A DNA stretch of 64,000 nucleotides from positions 3,712 to 67,711 of the forward strand of contig SVKS01000001.1 in the NCBI GenBank assembly GCA_015068345.1, given 5' to 3'. The position numbers were made by a program, and so were the translations under genes. Source of the stretch: Oscillospiraceae bacterium. GTDB lineage: Bacteria; Bacillota; Clostridia; Oscillospirales; QAMX01. The notes below the pieces were generated by a model. That model did no database searches and was not told the origin of the DNA. It saw only the letters and a program-made list of their open reading frames with translations. Positions 60,595 through 64,000 of the stretch are shown here, in pieces (the first letter of the stretch is position 1; each line of letters opens with the position of its first letter).

Positions 60595-61688
60595 AACTTG
60601 GAATTATTGGACTTCCCAACGTGGGGAAAAGTACTCTCTTTAACGCATTGACAAAAGCCGGTGCCGACGTGGCAAACTACCCCTTCTGCACCATTGACCC
60701 TAATATCGGGGTGGTACCGGTACCTGACAAGCGCCTGGATGAGCTGTCCCGGCTTTACCAGCCCGATAAGACGACCCCTGCTGTGATCGAGTTCTGCGAC
60801 ATTGCCGGTTTGGTGCGTGGCGCCAGCAAGGGTGAAGGTCTGGGCAACAAATTCCTGGCCAACATCCGGGAAGTGGATGCTGTGGTACACGTGGTGCGTT
60901 GCTTTGAGGACGAAAACGTCATCCACGTGGATGGTAGTGTGGATGCTGCCCGGGATATTGAAACCATCAATCTGGAGCTGATTCTTTCCGACCTGGAAGT
61001 GCTGGAACGCCGTATTGATAAATCCCGCAAGGCCGCCCGGGCCGACAAAAAGCTGGAAGCCGAGGTGGCTCTGCTGGAACGGCTGAAGGCCCACCTGGAA
61101 GAAGGGCTTTCCGCCCGTGTATTTGATGCGGAAGACGATGAAAAGGAAATCATTTCCACCATCTCCCTCCTTTCCAACAAGCCCATCATTTATGCCGCCA
61201 ACATGAGCGAAGAGGATTTTGCCGGTGGCTACAAGGAGAATCCTCTCTATGCCGCGGTTGCCGAAGTGGCGGCCAAGGAAGGGGCCAGTATCCTTCCCAT
61301 CTGCGCCAAGACCGAAGAAGAAATCGCTACCCTGGATCCCGAGGATCAGGCCATGTTCCTGGAGGAATTGGGGGTGGAAGAATCGGGCCTGGATCGTCTG
61401 ATCACCGAATCCTATGCCCTTCTTGGTCTCATTTCCTTCCTGACCTCCGGTAAGGACGAGTGCCGTGCCTGGACCATCCGCAAGGGAACCAAGGCCCCCA
61501 AGGCGGCAGGTACCATTCACTCCGACTTCGAACGGGGGTTCATCCGGGCAGAAGTCATCTCCTTCCAGGACTTCATGGATTGCGGCGAAAACATGACCAC
61601 GGCTAAAGAGCGTGGCCTGGTTCGCAGTGAAGGCAAGGAATACATCATGAAGGATGGGGACATTGTCCTTTTCCGCTTCAACGTGTAA
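60591..61688 (+). CDS. ychF: redox-regulated ribosome-binding ATPase YchF
   Basis: [36 protein letters not shown], and a C-terminal TGS-like domain ending DGDI..FRFNV. Start at ATG 60591, overlapping the tsaD stop. Confidence 0.93.
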   Translation: MKLGIIGLPNVGKSTLFNALTKAGADVANYPFCTIDPNIGVVPVPDKRLDELSRLYQPDKTTPAVIEFCDIAGLVRGASKGEGLGNKFLANIREVDAVVHVVRCFEDENVIHVDGSVDAARDIETINLELILSDLEVLERRIDKSRKAARADKKLEAEVALLERLKAHLEEGLSARVFDAEDDEKEIISTISLLSNKPIIYAANMSEEDFAGGYKENPLYAAVAEVAAKEGASILPICAKTEEEIATLDPEDQAMFLEELGVEESGLDRLITESYALLGLISFLTSGKDECRAWTIRKGTKAPKAAGTIHSDFERGFIRAEVISFQDFMDCGENMTTAKERGLVRSEGKEYIMKDGDIVLFRFNV

Positions 61689-61708
61689 GAAATACAGGGG
61701 GATTGCCT

Positions 61709-62470
61709 ATGTATAAGATTGTAAGCTTCAATCTGCGTTATGACACGCCGAACGATGGAGCCCAGCAATTCTGCCACCGCCTGCCCTTTATCCTGGATAC
61801 CATCCGGGTCGAAGCCCCCGATATCATCGGATTCCAGGAGTGCCTTCAGCATATGCGGGAGGCATTGCGGGACAATTTGAACGATTACTATATCGTGGGC
61901 GGCGGACGGGATGCCGACCGATTTGGGGAAAGCTCGGTGATTGCCTTCCGCAAGAATCGCTTTAACCTGAATGAGTGCGATACCTTCTGGCTTTCTCCCA
62001 CTATCTATACTCCGGGAAGCCGCTTCCCGGAGGACCAGAGTCCCTGCCCTCGGGTGTGTACCATGGTATCCCTGACCGACACCGGGGACGGGAAAAGTTT
62101 CCTGGTCTATAATCTCCACACCGACCATGAGGGCGTTTTGGCTCGTATCCAAAGCTCCGACCTGGTACTCAAGCGCCTAAAGGAGGATGGGGAACGTCTT
62201 GGTCTTCCCTTTCTCTTCACTGGGGACTTCAACGCCACTCCCGATGCGGAGGAAATCCAAAAGCTCACCAAGGAAGGGTTGCGGGACCTGGCAGAGGGGC
62301 TTGGGGGAACCTTCCATGACTACGGTCGCCGGGAGGAAAGTCTGAAAATCGACTATATTTTTGCATCGGCCGGGATTTCGGCGGAGTCGGTTTGCCTTTG
62401 GGATCAAACCCGGGATGGACGCTACCTTTCGGACCACTACCCTGTGGCGGCTTTGGTGAATATCCCATGA
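61709..62470 (+). CDS. endonuclease/exonuclease/phosphatase (EEP) family protein
   Basis: SFNLRYD..., GFQE, GDFN, SDHYPV motifs. Confidence 0.8.
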   Translation: MYKIVSFNLRYDTPNDGAQQFCHRLPFILDTIRVEAPDIIGFQECLQHMREALRDNLNDYYIVGGGRDADRFGESSVIAFRKNRFNLNECDTFWLSPTIYTPGSRFPEDQSPCPRVCTMVSLTDTGDGKSFLVYNLHTDHEGVLARIQSSDLVLKRLKEDGERLGLPFLFTGDFNATPDAEEIQKLTKEGLRDLAEGLGGTFHDYGRREESLKIDYIFASAGISAESVCLWDQTRDGRYLSDHYPVAALVNIP

Positions 62471-63213
62471 GTGCTGCCCCAATCTACGGAAAAGCCCGAC
62501 GGATCCCCATCATCGATGCGGTCCGGGGGATCATGATCCTTTACGTGGTGCTCTATCACCTGCTTTACGATCTGTGGATGTTTGGCCTGATCGAAAAGAT
62601 CTGGCTTACCCATCCTCTGATGGAGGCGGTACACGTGGTGTGCTACTCCACCCTGGTGGCTTTTTCGGGGATTTCGGTAAATTTCTCCCGGAACAACCTG
62701 AAGCGGGGATTGATCCTGTTCGGGGAAGCCTGGGCGATTACCCTGGTGACCTGGGTCTTGGATCAGCACATGTTTGTGCGCTTTGGCGTGCTCCATTTCC
62801 TGGGGCTGGCGGCCATTCTCTACCACTTCATCCGCATGGCGGAGCCAGCCTTGGAAAAAGCTCGCAGGGCTTGCCGTATTCCGGATGGTCTGTTTCCATT
62901 GGTGATGTTTCTCCTTTACGTTTGGACCTATGCCACGGTGCACCAGTCGGTTTATGACGTGGAGGGACTTGCCTGGCTGGGATTTCGAAATACACACTAC
63001 GCCTCCAGCGACTATTTTCCCATGGTACCCTTCTTCTTCCTCTACCTCTTTGGTGTTTGGATGGGTAAAAAGATCACGGCGGGAAAATTCCCCGACTGGT
63101 TTTACAAGATCAATATTCCTGGGATGGATGCGGTGGGCCGCAAAAGCATTTGGATCTACCTGATTCATCAGCCGGTGATCTACGGCATTGTCTGGTTGAT
63201 TGCGGCATTCTAA
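62467..63213 (+). CDS. DUF1624 (heparan-alpha-glucosaminide N-acetyltransferase-like) membrane acyltransferase-family protein
   Basis: N-terminal RRIPIIDAVRGIMILYVVLYH motif and multiple TM helices. Start at ATG 62467, overlapping the upstream stop (ATGA). Confidence 0.6.
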   Translation: MSAAPIYGKARRIPIIDAVRGIMILYVVLYHLLYDLWMFGLIEKIWLTHPLMEAVHVVCYSTLVAFSGISVNFSRNNLKRGLILFGEAWAITLVTWVLDQHMFVRFGVLHFLGLAAILYHFIRMAEPALEKARRACRIPDGLFPLVMFLLYVWTYATVHQSVYDVEGLAWLGFRNTHYASSDYFPMVPFFFLYLFGVWMGKKITAGKFPDWFYKINIPGMDAVGRKSIWIYLIHQPVIYGIVWLIAAF

Positions 63214-63222
63214 CAAGTATGT

Positions 63223-63256
63223 AAAAAGCACACTTTCGACAGAAAGTGTGCTTTTT
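63223..63256. terminator. bidirectional rho-independent terminator
   Basis: AAAAA-GCACACTTTC-GACA-GAAAGTGTGC-TTTTT, between convergent genes. Confidence 0.8.
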
Positions 63257-63271
63257 GTGTGAAATGAAGAG

Positions 63272-64000
63272 TTAGTCCTCTGTAATCTTGTTCTTTTTGA
63301 AGAAACGATTCATGTAAAGAAGCAGGAAAATACCAATGAAGGGGAATATGGCCGAAAGGATCATGCTGGTTTTCATGCCGATCTGTTCGGGGGAGAGGGA
63401 AAGGGTGGCGGCCAGGGAGGTACCCCATTCGCTTGCCGAAACGGTGTCCACAATGGCCCCCATCAACTGGGGGGCCACCGAAGCCCCGGTGTCGCCCCCG
63501 GCGGCCATCAGAGCGTAGGCAACCACTCCGGGATTGGGAATCTTTTCTTCCATGTAGATCAGGGTGCCGGGCCACAGCATGGAGGTGCTGATGCCGGTGA
63601 CGACGCAGGCGATCATGGCGACGATGGCGTTTGAAGCAAGGCCCGCAACCAGATAGCAGGCGGTGGCGGCAAGCATGCCAAGGAACAGGATCTTGTAGAT
63701 GTTGCGCCCATATTTGGCGTAAATCGTGCGGGTAAAGGCCAGAAGAATGGCAAACAGAGCCAGCCCCAAAAGGTCACCGGCGGCCTTGGGGATGTGCAGA
63801 GCACTTTCAATAAAGCTACTGATCCAGTTGGTCATGCCGTTTTCGGCGGCACTGCCAAAGAAAATGCATCCAAAGCACAGGGCAATTCCGATGTTACGCA
63901 TCTTAACGCCCTTAGGGGAGGAGGCCGAGTGGGTCAGATTCATTTCGGGGAAGGGGGAGGTGAAGAAGAGAATGCTGGTGACAATGGGCAAAGCGGCCCA
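63272..64000 (-). CDS. MFS transporter, C-terminal half (5' end beyond the window)
   Basis: About 6 hydrophobic helices, and the frame is open to the window edge. The M at 63991 in the ORF track is an internal TTG. Confidence 0.6.
   Translation of the reverse strand, partial: WAALPIVTSILFFTSPFPEMNLTHSASSPKGVKMRNIGIALCFGCIFFGSAAENGMTNWISSFIESALHIPKAAGDLLGLALFAILLAFTRTIYAKYGRNIYKILFLGMLAATACYLVAGLASNAIVAMIACVVTGISTSMLWPGTLIYMEEKIPNPGVVAYALMAAGGDTGASVAPQLMGAIVDTVSASEWGTSLAATLSLSPEQIGMKTSMILSAIFPFIGIFLLLYMNRFFKKNKITED

Noticed and set aside
1-64000. Scan for CRISPR arrays, rRNA, transposase/integrase genes, prophage blocks and known defence-system signatures
   Set aside because: I noticed no regularly spaced direct repeats, and no ORF has recombinase, nuclease-helicase or other defence-type motifs that I could recognise. 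The only compositional island is the single NTase gene, which is reported separately.

Overview
The window looks like a Firmicutes/Clostridia-type chromosome. Flanking genes often have about 40 G+C per 60 nt, RBSs are AAGGAGG-like, promoters are sigma-A-like, and spore-related genes are present. It is densely packed and mostly housekeeping. All family calls come from motifs I recognise by eye; no database search was run.

Gene content:
- Aminoacyl-tRNA synthetases: gltX, glnS, hisS, cysS.
- Replication: holB, polA, dnaB-like/dnaI.
- tRNA modification: thiI with a cysteine desulfurase, tsaD, rimI.
- Cell wall: alr, a FemAB-family gene, class A PBP, M23 peptidase, VanW.
- Other conserved genes: glyA, ychF, and darA-holB-ricT in conserved synteny.
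- Accessory blocks: a GH42 beta-galactosidase, dgoD, a GH-D-like/Nif3/ADP-ribosylglycohydrolase operon, an ABC-2/GldG-like transporter, a trxA-ccdA-TlpA-like thiol-reduction cluster, two pairs of TMD-NBD ABC exporters, and one tRNA-Gln(CUG).

Most notable observations:
1. A strong RBS, a roughly 24-codon leader ORF and a perfect intrinsic terminator sit in front of an asymmetric heterodimeric ABC exporter with one degenerate ATP site. This resembles BmrB-BmrCD ribosome-mediated attenuation.
2. Two exact 16-bp parS sites (TGTTTCACGTGAAACA) lie 4.2 kb apart. One is embedded in a bidirectional terminator. This suggests an origin-proximal region.
3. A terminator-bounded module holds a LytTR response regulator, a transmembrane-less GHKL histidine kinase and two ABC exporters.
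4. An AT-rich nucleotidyltransferase gene (AadA/KNTase-like architecture) is wedged directly behind tRNA-Gln.
5. Operons are very long and translationally coupled, and the aaRS genes in them have no room for T-box leaders.

I found no CRISPR array, rRNA, transposase/integrase or recognisable defence system. The many long antisense ORFs in the track are treated as shadow ORFs.
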